Assembly (NCBI RefSeq): GCF_006345805.1
Contig: NC_043007.1
Location: 68,014,001-68,078,000, forward strand
DNA length: 64,000 nt
DNA from: Octopus sinensis
Taxonomy: Eukaryota
Direction: 5' to 3'
Shown here: positions 25,702 to 38,571 of the stretch, piece after piece
Numbering within the stretch: position 1 is the stretch's first letter
Layout of the letters: each line of letters starts with the position of its first letter
Program-made: the position numbers and the translations under genes
The notes under the pieces: model-generated
Database searches by the model: none
The model's input: the letters and a program-made list of their open reading frames with translations, nothing else
Told to the model about the DNA's origin: nothing

Positions 25702-26070
25702 CCCACCTCAAAATAAGGGTAGAGGAATATCACAAAGCTGTGACACGAGGAGATATTGATATATCGGGTATAGCTGATCATGTATGGAAAAACGAAAACC
25801 ATACATGAAGTTAAAATAGTAGAGAAACCATTGGAAAATACGAAAACTAAGAGAAGCAACACATATGCTAAGACATAATAACCTCCTAAGCAAACCGAGT
25901 GCAGATATGAGTAGCATATGGGAACCGGTATTAATGAAGGATAGGAAAATATTAGATTTATAAACCCTAAAATTCACTCCATAATAGCCCACGGGCATTT
26001 GGCGTAGTGGTTAAGAGTGCGGGCTACTAACAATGACATCGAAAGTATATCAGCCAAAACGTTTTGTTAA
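25702..26070 (+). mobile_element. Penelope-like GIY-YIG endonuclease C-terminal fragment
   Basis: HLKIRVEEYHKAVTRGDIDISGIADHVWKNENH...WKIRKLREATHMLRHNNLLSKPSADMSSIWEPVL; stop at 25961-25963. Confidence 0.85.
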
Positions 26071-26089
26071 CAACAAACAAGATGAGGAC

Positions 26090-26752
26090 AAATCTGGACA
26101 CTGTCGGTCACATATGCCATGGGTGCAACTAAGGGGTTCCTCTCTGGGTTACAAGGCTGGGAAGAAAGTCGCCTCACCACCGAACTTAGGGCTGTTTTTA
26201 TGGAAGACCAGCAGTCGCCCATGCATACCAGCCTCCCTCTTCACACCACTGATGTTATCCAAGAGAAAAATAAAGGCCGATGCAGCTTGGAACCAGTGAC
26301 GTCGCAACTTATTTGTACAGCTGAGTGAACTGGAGCAAGGTAATATAAAGTGTCTTGCTCAAGAACACAACACGCAGCCCGGTCAAACTCACAACCACAC
26401 AAATCAAACTCACAACATCACGATCGTCAGCTCGACGCTCTAACTACTGAACCATATATATTTATATATATATACATATATGTAGAGGCACAGATCGGGC
26501 TTTGTGAATGTTTACTGAGCGAACACACCTAAACCTCTACGAGGCTCCGGCAGTGGGTGGTGGTGAACTCTGCTGTACTCTTTTACTACAACTTTCGCTC
26601 TTTCTTCCAGTTTCTGTTGTACCTGAATTTCAATGGGCCAGCCTTGTCACACCGTGTGTCACGCTGAATCTCCCCGAGAACTACGTTAAGGGTACACGTG
26701 TCTGTGGAGAGCTCAGCCACTTGCACGTTAATCCCACGAGCAGGCTGTTCCG
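26090..26752. mobile_element. Two adjacent SINEs (minus about 26090-26460; plus about 26485-26752)
   Basis: CAGCTGAGTGAACTGGAGCAA...GTGTCTTGCTCAAGAACACAAC (reverse family C-type core). ACTGAGCGAACACACCTAAACCTCTACGAGGCTCC matches the reverse of 39254-39562. Confidence 0.7.
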
Positions 26753-26754
26753 TT

Positions 26755-27309
26755 TATATATATATATACACACACACACACACATTTATATATGTATATA
26801 TACAAATATAAGTGTATATATATATATATACATATATAAGTATGTATGCGTATATATGTATATGTATGCATATATATAAGTGTACCATGTATATATATAT
26901 ATATTTATATATATTCATATGTTCGTATGTATGCACGCACACACACACGCACACACACACACCACACACACACATATATATATATTCATATATGTGTGTA
27001 TATGTGTATGAATGCATATGATTATGTATGTATGCATGTGTGAACGCATGCATGTATTTATGTAAGTACATGTACTTACATAATGCACGTTTGCATGTAC
27101 ATACATACATAAATATATACATATATACATACGTGCATACGAACTTACGTACATATATACATACGTATGCAGAAACACACATACGTACGCATATGTGTAA
27201 GTACGTACGTTCGTATGAATGTATGTATGCATATACATATGTACGTATGTATATATGTACATACAATCATACATACATACATACATATATACATACATAC
27301 ATACATACA

Positions 27310-27341
<32 letters not shown>

Positions 27342-27345
27342 CACA
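26755..27345. repeat. Compound TA/CA/TACA low-complexity tract
   Basis: Directly visible. Confidence 0.9.
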
Positions 27346-27734
27346 GGCAGCTACATACTCGGCACGCTTAGTGTTGGAGACTAATTAACTTCACTGTCAC
27401 TAGTTTCAGCCAGAGGCTGTGGCCATGCTGGGGCACCGTCATTAGTCCGATTATGTATTATCGAATTTACGCTAAATTTCATCCACAATATAAATGGCAC
27501 AACTATCAGCCTGGTTATTGTCCTGCTCGCATTCATTGAAGAAGCATTTTTATTAACGATCTTTGAATTTTGCCACAAGCAACACGGCTGCATGTGACGT
27601 CATCAGTAACAAAGTGATGAACAGAAGAAAAGCATTATAGAGAAAGGGAAGTTTATTAGTTGCTGCTATGGAAGCAGCTGTAATTATCAAATTCTTAATT
27701 TATTTATATATTTCATCTATTCTGTCCGCTCGCC

Positions 27735-28445
27735 CGTCCATCCATCCATCCATCCATCCATCCATTTATGCATCTGGTCACTCTGTCAATCCATCCATAT
27801 ATCTGGTCAATTCATCCATTCATCCATCCATCCATCCATCCATGCATCTGGTCAATCCTTCAATCCATCCATTCATCCATCTATCCATCCACCCATTCCT
27901 TTATCCATGCATTCATCCATCTCTCCACCCATCCGTCCGTCCGTTCATCCAACCATCCATCCGTCTGCCCATTCATTGCTCTATCCAGTTATCTATCCGT
28001 CCGTCCGTTCGTCCATCCGTCCGTCCATCAATCCATCCATCAAACCATCTTTCCATTCATCCCTCCCTCCCTCCCTCCTTCCAGTCGTCTCTTCCTCCCT
28101 CCATATTTCCAACCATCCTATCCTATCCTATCCATCCATCCATCCATCCATTTCCGCCCATTTTCCTCGGAGGATTTTGTGGGCAGAGTCCTCTGGTACC
28201 TCCTCCATAGGGTCCTATCTAACGCAACTTCATTAGATTTTCCAGCTAACTTTCCAAGAGCGGCCAATTGAGACTATGGATACTTTCCAACCATCTCCCT
28301 CATGGTGTGCCCCAAAATCTGCCGGTTGGCTTGGCCTAAAGAATCCGTCTTGTAACATTCTAATCACATGTTTGTAGTATTGGAGATGAGACCCCTCAAT
28401 GCAGAGAAGCAGCGACCCGACCTGGAGAGACTACCTGATCTCTGA
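27735..28445 (-). mobile_element. RTE-like LINE 3' end with long degenerate (GGAT)n tail
   Basis: Minus strand ...SLGQANRQILGHTMREMVG...[19 protein letters not shown] (about 28165-28445), running into plus-strand (CCAT)n/(CCGT)n at 27735-28155. Confidence 0.65.
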
Positions 28446-28464
28446 GTTATACTCTCTGCCGATT

Positions 28465-28695
28465 GTGGAGGTGCGTCGGTTAGTGATTAGGGTGTTGGAC
28501 TCATGATCATAAGATTGTGGTTGCGATTTCGGGACCGGGCGATACGTTTGTGTTCTCTCGCAAAACACTTCATTTCACGTTGCTCCACTACACTCAACTA
28601 TCACTAATAAGTAATCCAGCAATGGATCCGCGTCCCGTCCTTGTGGGGATTTATACTTCATGGAAACCGGGAAACCGGCCCTTATGAGTCGGCTT
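28465..28695 (+). mobile_element. tRNA-derived SINE family C
   Basis: GTGGAGGTGCG...GATTGTGGTT...AAACACTTCATTTCACGTTGCTCCA...GGAAACCGGGAAACCGGCCC. Confidence 0.8.
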
Positions 28696-29869
28696 GACTC
28701 GAGAAAATAACTTTACCTTTACCACTCTGCCGAAAAACATTATTCGAGAGACACTTCGGAGGAACTCCATTTTGATCCCTTATACTTACTCTTTCGATCA
28801 TTACACAATTTCCATGACCATAGGTGAGAGTAGACACGAAAACCGAATTGAAGAGTTTTTATATTTTTACCAACTTCTCTTCTGAGGATCGAATGCTGGA
28901 ACTGGAGCATTTCTCGATAATGATTTATGTAATTGCTATAAAATTACTCATCCCACCACCAAAAAATTATGATTTTTCTGCTTGTTATATGAAAATATTC
29001 AGGTATGACCTCCACTGAGGGTTAAATAAGTTGACGTCAAAACAATTATAACAACAAATAATTTGGTTTGAAAACAAGAGAAGATGATTACAATATTATT
29101 ATTACAGTGATTGCAGTGTTATTCTGGCTGAAACAAGTGACAGTAAGGCTAATAGTAGACGAATAAACATGCTTACACTACGTGTGACAACAGACCTAAC
29201 TTCGGCTGCATGACGTTGTTCCATGGTAAGATTGATCGTCTACATGTAAAAGTCAATGACTGTAGCTCTGGTGGCGGCACTAACTGGGAGTGAAGACAGT
29301 ACGAACAAATGTATTCTCCAATAAAATTGTGAAGACTGACTCTAAAAGACCGACGACATTTTACTATAAGAGACCCACAAAGTTGATATTGCTAGTTCAT
29401 CCTGAGGACGAGTGTCGAAGTGAATGCAGTGATAAACTGGTTTCAAATTTTGGCTCAAGGTCAAAAATATCGTTCGAGTGAGAAATTCGATTACATCGAC
29501 CTCTGGTACTTATTTTATCGACCACGAGAACGTAAAACCGGAAGAAATGCCGCCAAGTATTTCGTCCGGCACATACAGATATGAATTACATGTAATATAT
29601 TACATTAAACAAAAATTTGGATGGTAAAAAAAGAAGAGGTCGAAGACTACCTGCGGGCGATTTACAGTATAGATGGGAAATATGCAGAAATGTAATGTCT
29701 CTTTTCACAACTGTTAAGAGGTATTTTAGACCTTTTAAAGAAATGTCAAAAGAAAAAGTATAAAAATACATACCATCATGCATCAGCAAAACGGAAAAGA
29801 TTGTTGTTCTACGAAAGACTATCAAGTCACACGTGGCTATACTTATTCAAAGAATATATATATATATAT

Positions 29870-30236
29870 ATATATATAAAGCTGAAGTTGTCTGTGTGTG
29901 GAAGGTTTGGTAGCCTTCAACTAACACTATCTCCTCCGAGACCCTGCGGTGCAAGCTGACCAAAATTGGGAGTATGATAGAAGAAGGCTTGCTCTTCCTA
30001 CCGTAGGACCATATTAACACCAAAAAGTATTTACATTAAAAAGGTGCTTTTTTTCTATGAAAAACCCTATTTTTTACGATTTTTTGACTGCTGTGTCGCC
30101 ATTTTTCGGTGCATTTCAACCAGAAAAATGTTCACTTAAGGAGAATAACAAGCTACATAATGCAAAATGTTTACTTTTCAATAATTCCAATTCTAAAGGG
30201 TCGAAAAGAAAACTAGCCCGAGCAACGCTGGGCTAG
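29870..30236 (+). mobile_element. Non-autonomous Helitron
   Basis: TATATATAAAGCTGAAGTTGTCTGTG start; 3' hairpin CCCGAGCAACGCTGGG followed by CTAG (30233-36) then T. Same terminus type as 45103-45483. Confidence 0.75.
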
Positions 30237-31014
30237 TTGAAATAAAATAGTTGTAAATAGTTGAAAATAAAATAGAAACATCGTTTTGCTATTGATAGAA
30301 GGGAACATGTATATATAAATTTTCGTCCTCAAAACTGGAATTTAAAACAATCGTCGAGAAACTCCGGCATCAGATAAGAATACCGGAAAGAAAAATAATT
30401 ATAATAAATAGTATCTCAGTGAAAATGAATCAGGAGACTGGAAATATAAGTGGACAGTCAATATATGTCATAGAAGCTTCATATGAAGATACGAATTTCT
30501 ACTAGCACACATTGAAGCTTGACCTACAATATTGTATTAAAATTACAATTCGTCACTAGCCGACAGATGTGAGTAACTAAGATCAATCGAAATAATGATA
30601 CACAATCAAAATAGATTATCTTTCTGCAAAAGAACGTCGAGAGATTACGAGACAAACATCAGGCAATCGGATACTCTCATTAGATGGAAAACTAATAATG
30701 AATTCACGAATCACCAGCTGCAACATTGTGATAAGATGTTCAAATTCAAAAGAGAACTGCTGGTGGGAATTACAAGTAAATTAATAGCATTTGAAAATAA
30801 GATCTACATTCAGTAAGCCAAAAGTTTTGGTTATGTAGGAAATTACAAGAACATAGGACAGTGAACGACAAGTTTGTTCTAAACGAACTATATATCGCAA
30901 CATGAAACACCAATACATTTGAGTAGTAAATATTTTCATGCGGGATGATCTGGCGTCATTCGATAGAAGGAAAGATCCAGAATGTAAATAAGCAATAATT
31001 TCGATATAAATAAA

Positions 31015-31260
31015 AAAAATAAATGCGCCCTTTTAAAGCCTAGCCAGGCTCATGGGCCCGGTTTCCCGGTTTCTATGGCGTAGATGGACGGGACGCCAGT
31101 CCATCGCAGCGTTACTCATTTTTGCCAGCTGAGTGGACTGGAGCAACGTGAAATGAAGTGTTTTGCTCAAGAACACAACGCGTCGCCCGGTCCAGGAATC
31201 GAAACCACAATCTCACGATCATGATGCTGACACCCTAACCACTTAGCCACGCACCTCCAC
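31015..31260 (-). mobile_element. tRNA-derived SINE family C, full length
   Basis: Near-identical to 43832-44088 and to the reverse of 49299-49538. Confidence 0.9.
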
Positions 31261-32394
31261 AACAATTTCGATATACTATGGTTAAATGAATAACGGGGAC
31301 AGAAATTTATGTAAACTCTCCGAAAACATATAACTTAATTTACAAAACATGTCGTAAAACTACTGAACCGGAAAAATCAACTGCAAGACCTGATCCGATC
31401 TAGTAGTACCTGTTAGCATCTGAAGGACCCCTAGTTCTCGTTTGAACTTCTTTCTAGGGCAAGGTAAACATGCATAAAAAAAACAAAAAACAAAAAACTA
31501 TCTGATGTGTAGTTGGCTTCTGCCAGTGGTTCTATAGCTGATTGGGCTAATAAGTGGGTTTAGTGGGGTACAAAACTTTAACCACTGAAAAGAAATTCGT
31601 ACACAGGGACTTCCTGGACTCCTGAAACATCTGCACAGACTTAGCGAGTTTAGGAAGATGTCTTACTCGGTCACGAGTTGAGTTTACTCCTAGCATATGT
31701 ATACGCGCATGTGCGCGCGTGTTCTCTCATTTTACTTGTTTTAGTTATTTGACTGCGCTCATGCTGGAGCACCGCCTTGAAGAATTTTAGTCAAGAATAT
31801 CGACCCCAGGACTTTTTAAAACACCTGTTATGTGTTCTATTGGAACCTTTTGCCGAACTGCTCGGTTATAAGGACATAAACATGCCAACACCTGTTGTCA
31901 AGCAGTGGTTGGGGACAAATATTGACACCAAGACACACACTACACACACACTAATAACCAGTAGTCAAATGTCAGTACATATATGCTTTGCTGTAAAGCA
32001 TCAGGGAGTCTACAGAGAGAAATATCCATTAGTGAATGATGCAAGAATAGAAGTTACATAATCTCTTCTAAATATATATCCGTTAAATGCAACAGAAGCG
32101 ATGTTAGATTAAATTAGATATCTGTGTATCGTACTGAATGTAAATTTATCGCAGAAGGCACATTTAATGCAGTTGTTCTGAGATGATATCATATCTCTTG
32201 CGGACGTGTTGTGTTTTTAAAACACAATATACATCAAAGGAAGACGAAAATTATCTGAGAATGCAAGAGGCATTTCTTCCTCACTGAGCGTTGTCGATGG
32301 AACGAACTCAAGCGCGTGAACACATACGAACAAACAAACAAACACATACATACATACATACATACATACATACATACATACATACATACGCGCG

Positions 32395-32715
32395 AGCGCG
32401 CTGATGCCTCCATCTTCTGTGTCTGGATTACAAATGTACATTCATACCAATAATAATTGGAGTACTTGGTTTTGTAAGCAAATGCTTAACTGTCTGGACG
32501 AACATGTATTTTCAGAAAAAGAAATCAGTCAACTGACTTGCACATTACAAATACAATGTGTGAGCGGAACAGTAAAAGTATGCAAGACTTTTCTCAGGTT
32601 TAATATGTGATATTATTTTCGTTCTTTATTTTCCAAAGTCGTACCTTTGTATCTTTGTTAGAAATCAGATCCTTCTTCAAAGGAAGAATTTAAATAATTT
32701 AAAACAGAAGAGAAA
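32395..32715 (+). mobile_element. R4-like LINE 3' fragment in (CATA)n, copy 1
   Basis: FIPIIIGVLGFVSKCL..LDEHVFSEKEISQLTCTLQIQCVSGTVKVCKTFLRFNM* (stop at 32610); 3' UTR ends AGAAGAGAAA|CATAC. Confidence 0.75.
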
Positions 32716-32944
32716 CATACAAATACACACGCATACATTCAGTTTCAAATCAGATTCACAAAATCAGCAATTCCCGGAACTGTCTCGACTTATCAAAATA
32801 GCTTTGTTATTTTCTTATCGAGCGGTTTGAAACCTGTGAAGAAGAAAACGTACATATATAAGTGCATACATACATACATACATACATACATACATACATA
32901 CATACATACATACATACATACATACATACATACATACATACACA

Positions 32945-33393
32945 CGTAACGGGCCAAATATTGTTGTTTGGGACAGAGGTGCAAAGGTATGTACCATCAC
33001 AAAAATCAGCTGATCTGCAGATAGAAATATCTCTTTGAAAATCAAAGAAAAGAATGATATCTATGGTCAACTGCTTCGAAACCTCCAGCTTCTATATCCA
33101 TACTATGAATTCATATTGATACCAATAATAATTTGAGCAGTAGGTTTTGTTAGTAAATGCTTAAAGGAGAATCTGGATAAAGTGAGATTTTCAGAAAGAG
33201 AAATCGACCGGCTAGTTCTTACATTACAAATGCAATCTTTGAGTGGAACAATAAAAATATGCAAGACTTTTTCAAGTTCCAAATGTGAATTTGTCTGGTT
33301 TAACTACAACACAAAGATGGAGCCCTGTATCTTTTTTTGAAACTGGCTCCCTCATCAGTGGAAGATTTATAATAATTAAAAGAATAGAAGAGA
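32945..33393 (+). mobile_element. R4-like LINE 3' fragment in (CATA)n, copy 2 (REL endonuclease domain)
   Basis: [33 protein letters not shown]...IPIII*AVGFVSKCLKENL...LQMQSLSGTIKICKTF, with two stops and a terminal frameshift. 3' UTR is homologous to copy 1 and ends AGAAGAGA|CATACATAC. Confidence 0.8.
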
Positions 33394-33626
33394 CATACAT
33401 ACATACAAACACACATACATACATACATATATAATAACACCTCTGAGGAGGTATGTATATGAGTTTGTGTATATGTGCATATATGTGAACCTGCATAAAT
33501 GTGCACATGCATACATGTACATATACATACAGGCATACAGGGATACGTGCATTCATAGGTACAAAGATACATGTATACTTAGATATATGAGTGTGCATAT
33601 GTATGTAACGATAAACTATAAACAAA

Positions 33627-33693
<67 letters not shown>

Positions 33694-33694
33694 A

Positions 33695-33727
<33 letters not shown>

Positions 33728-34364
33728 GCCTATCTATCTTTCAACTATCTATCTATAATTTTAAACGCACAAACATTATAGATTCTTGCATACATATTAA
33801 TTCATATACACAGCACACACATACGCACACATACACACACATACGCACACATACACACACATACGCACTCACACACACACACACAACATACACACACATG
33901 TAATTGGGATATAATTACTATTTGCGTGGATTTTGATTTATTTCATCCCACATCAGGGAATAACTGTCAGTTTTCCATCCCTATAGAATATTGCAGTTAT
34001 TATGTATCAAATTTATGTTTAAAGATACATTTATACATGTATATGTAATATACACATAGCTACATATATACCTTCGTACAAGCACGCAATTCCATTCGTA
34101 TATTCATGCAGACACATACACACACATGCGTGCATGCACACACATACACACACATGCGCGCATGCACACACACACACACACACACACACAGATAAGCATC
34201 TACACATGCACATATGCACGCACACACATATCCTATTGTAAACGAATCTAAATGCGTATCAAATAGTAGCATTGTTGATATATATATATACATAACTATA
34301 TAATCTCAAATATATACTATTGCAAACAAACTATCTGAATGTGCACCGAGAAATGACATTGTTG

Positions 34365-34397
<33 letters not shown>

Positions 34398-35384
34398 ATT
34401 GCAGCGTGGAAGATGTTTATAAGCCATTTAAGAAACGCACAAAAACCGTTAGATTCACTTCAATATTTAAATTTAACTAGCAAACGCACCCGTCCTTTGG
34501 ACGGTTTAAGTTGCTTTCGTGGTATCTTTTTCGCCAAATAATTGAACTACCGAGAAGGTTTATGTGTAGCATGGCAATCTATTTCCGATTAACCTAGAAA
34601 CGGAAAATCAAATTGAAGGCTGGCTATTGTGGAGGTCGTTGCACTTTGATTATCATAGAACATATAAGTTTGCAAGCGATGTAAAGTAGAGCTACAGAAG
34701 TGTTTTGGGAGTAGATTACGGATAACGACTACAATATATAATTGTTTTATATGAAAGCGAAATTTCTTGTCAGAAACTGCCACATAAATGGTGTAAGGAA
34801 ATTGAAGGAAGATGAAACTTTCCCTCTGCGAGTTTATTTTTTTCATCAGCAAAGGGAGCTATTTTTTTTGTAGAGAAAAGCTAACAAAACCCCCTTTATT
34901 CTATTTTCCCACATAACGTGCACATAAACTAACAGCGAATGCAGCATAAAGTTAAATTGGTATGGAGCTTTCTGGCAGATAGGTATAGTTTTCGCTAGTG
35001 GAAGTAAAACTCTTATTTATAGGTTGATTCTTTGGGACGAATCATATGTGAGTGTTTAAAAAAGGCTAGAATGACAATGCTAAAACCTATTTGAAACAAT
35101 GGACAGCAGTCGAAATATCATAATGGCTGGGTAAAGAAGCATCCTTAAAGTGAAACAACGGTATTAAAGGTAAGAAAAAAAGGTACCAACAATCAAAAGA
35201 GAAGGAAGGGAACATCACCTTTCAAGTAACTCAGAATAGGTAAAGGTAAGCTTCCTAAAGTTTAACTGAATCACTGTCGTAAGTGGACAGAAGAAATGAA
35301 TAGACAAAATCCTTTCACTTTTATAAAAAGATTAAAAAGAAAATGAGGGCAAAAAGCACTCGTTTTTTCACAATGATAAATCGT

Positions 35385-35708
35385 TTCCTAGTAGCCGGAA
35401 TTTCGCGACAAAATGTATGTATATTAAGCACAACAGCCTGCAGTGCATGCCGCTAGGCATTAAAAGCCAATCGCAGAAACATAGAGGGGCTCTGGGCCGC
35501 CTTGAATCGATCAAAAATCACTCTTTTTGCCATAGCAACAGCATCTTTATAGCTTGCAAATTTTAACCATCGCGGGTCTCATCCTCACCACGCATTTAGT
35601 ATCCCTGCCAATTTTCAGCTCGATCCTAGCCTCGGTTTGGCTGCCATTAAACGTCAAAGACAAATGTGCATACAATTTTCGTCCAAAGACTGTTTTATAG
35701 ATATAGAT
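35385..35708 (-). mobile_element. Probable Helitron 5' portion
   Basis: Minus strand starts ATCTATATCTATAAAAC, like the other Helitron 5' ends here. No 3' hairpin identified. Confidence 0.4.
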
Positions 35709-36036
35709 TTGCCAAAATATTTTCGTAGCTTTGAGACCGCGACCTGTTCACTGACAAAATTATATATATAGCTTGTGTGAGAGGGGTGTTTAATAAGTGA
35801 GTGTATTTCTTCACGATACGCATGTATGCCTTTTGTTGTGTATTCTTAATGTGACACACGATTTCTTTGTGCACAAGGGTTGACTATTCGGATTTGATTA
35901 CTCTCTGCACATTTCATTCTACATCTTGTCAAGCACAGCCGGTAGTAGTGATATATATTATATTATATTACGTGTGTGTATGCAAACGAAAAGAGGAGCA
36001 CCCAGTACATTTTATTGAGTATATATTTGTATGTAA

Positions 36037-37605
36037 TCTCTCTATATATAAAACTGAGAATGTCTGTCTGTCTGTCTGTCCGTTGATGTGTGTTTCCCTA
36101 AAACTTGAGAACTACACAACCAATTTCATTCAAATTTTACACATGTCTTACTTAGGGTCCATGTAGTTTCATGGGCAAAAAAATGTTCAACTTCTTGCCG
36201 AGAGCGAGCCCATAGCAATATCATATCTTCTCCACTATTTCAGAATTACGTGTTAAAAGTGAAACAAAAACATTTCTCTATTTTATGTCAGATACTTTCA
36301 CTTTAACAATAAAAATAATAATAATTGAATTATATTTAGTAAGTAATAATTAAAATCAAACTAAAGTAGAATATAATCGTAACATAACAAAAGTAAAAAT
36401 AGCAATTGGTATAAAATTGCATCAATGACTTGAACTTGAATAAGTGGTTTCACATGAATGGGAATAAATTAAAAATAAAATTAGCATGCAGAAATGGAAT
36501 AGACCAGATGGAGCTGTACTTTTACATTAGATTATCTGCTAATTAGCTAGCATTAAGTATCTATATGAAGTTTCGCTGTATGTAATATCTGTTTTCTCGA
36601 ACAGCCGCTCCTACAGAGTACTGCTGTTTGTTTATTTCTTATACATAAAGGACTAAATCTTCAACTGCTTACTGCTTTCTGATTCATCGTAAGGTTTGTT
36701 GTTATTATTATTACTGTTTAACTATTGTTATCACGTTTGTTGCTTCCTCGTAAAGGAAACATTGTTGTGTTGCATTTGTTAAATAATTGTAAACTGTAAC
36801 CCTCCTCCTTTGGGAGAAGGCGCTTTGGTTATTGTTTAAAAATTGAATTGTGTCCCTGTTTGGGGAAATTGACAATACTTTCACCATTTACTCGGAAGAA
36901 TTTTTGTTAGAATGCCTTCGATAGAAGAAAGTCCAAAAATGAATTTCGCTGCAGCCGTCGGTGGGCGCGAACTCATTGAAATTAAAATGGAAGAAATACG
37001 GATTGATCACCGACAAAGAAGGTGAATCTAGGATAACACCATCAGACGAAATAAAAAATTAAATTAAAGAAAAGACTATTGTCTATAAAGTATACAGTGT
37101 AGAGAAAAAAGATTTGAACACCTGGAGAAAAGCACCATCGAAAAGTGTCTTGGTGCGACTATGAAAGATATCTAACTAGAGGCGGTAAATTCGCCACAAT
37201 AGAAGCAAGGTTCGAGTCCACGGAGCGTGCAAGGGAGTACTCGACTCGAACCTTGCAAAGTGGAAATATTTTATTTTTTAGCTTTATATCTGGGACGTAG
37301 GACGTCCCGGATAAAAATTTAAAATGTCCCCCCAGAAGTAGAGGTAGGCTGGATTGTAGACACACTTCTATACAAGAGGGAGGACAAGATACAATTGATC
37401 GAAATTACAAGAGACGAGCCTACAATTCCAGTCTGTTATATATTTTGAGTATTGTTATCACTAGCGATATCAAGATATAACTTTGTATTTTGTATTTTAT
37501 GTGTAGATGTATATATATAGATGTACATGTAATATGTACACATATATATACACATATATACATGCACTAGCACTATGACCCGGCAACGACGGGTCATAAT
37601 GCTAG
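36037..37605 (+). mobile_element. Long non-autonomous Helitron (or Helitron ends enclosing later insertions)
   Basis: A|TCTCTCTATATATAAAAC 5' end at 36037; 3' hairpin TATGACCCG/CGGGTCATA and CTAG|T at 37602-37606. Confidence 0.6.
36900..37430 (+). pseudogene. LINE ORF1-like (L1/Tx1-type) fragment
   Basis: Frameshifted VYKVYSVEKK..HLEKSTIEKCL..RYLTRGGKFATIEARFESTERAREYST...YLGRRTSRIKI*NVP.EVEVGWIVDTLL. The RRM-like ORF1 character is recalled, not verified by search. Confidence 0.45.
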
Positions 37606-37810
37606 TAACTTATATACCAGTCCTCGAAATTTCATAGGCACAAAAGCTCCAGTCCTGTCCATCAGATGACTGTGGTGAGTCACCGATGACATCTGATCGA
37701 TTAAACGCGTACATCAGTACCTATGGAACTCTGATTATTGGTCGCGCAAATTATTAACTGTCCAGTTACAATTATACATACATACATACATGCATACATA
37801 CATACATACA

Positions 37811-37844
<34 letters not shown>

Positions 37845-37934
37845 CATGCATGCAGACATACATGCATGCATGCATACAATATATATATATGAGAAAACTA
37901 CATATCATATATATATATATATACACATAAACAT

Positions 37935-38202
37935 AAGTCGGAGGATCGCGGTTTCGATTCCCAGACCGGGCGTTGTGTGTGTTTATTGAGCGAAAACTCC
38001 TAAAAGATCCACAATGCTTCGGCTGAGGATGGGGACGAACCCTGTTGTACTCTTTCGCCACAACTTTCTCTCACTCTCTCTCTTCCTGTTTCTTGAGTAA
38101 CGCTGCACTGGACTGGCGTCCCGTTCAGCTGGGGGGAACACATACGCCACAGAAACCGGGAAACCGGGCCCATGAGCCTGGCTAGGCTTGAAAAGGGCGG
38201 CG
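37935..38202 (+). mobile_element. tRNA-derived SINE (family B/C type), 5'-clipped
   Basis: GGATCGCGGTTTCGATTCCCAGACCGGGCGTTGTG...AGAAACCGGGAAACCGGGCCCATGAGCCTGGCTAGGC. Confidence 0.8.
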
Positions 38203-38536
38203 TTTATCGTTTTTATATCTATCTGTCTATCTATCTATTTATCTATCTCTATATATATACACACACAATATGCATGTGTGTATATTTGTGTGTTCGCTGC
38301 TTTGTATGTATACATGTCGGTTCGTGAGTGTTTAAATGATCACATGCAATGTCGTATATGGATTTAAGTATGCTAATATCTAGATAACACATATAGTTAA
38401 TCAGCTACGCTGATATGCTAAGAAAAGTCAGTAAATGAAAGTCAGTGGCCGTGAGAGTGATCGAGGTTGACAAATAAGAACGAAAGTTAGAGAATGAAAG
38501 TACAATAGATGAAAATATGAAATGCAATATGTGTGT

Positions 38537-38571
<35 letters not shown>

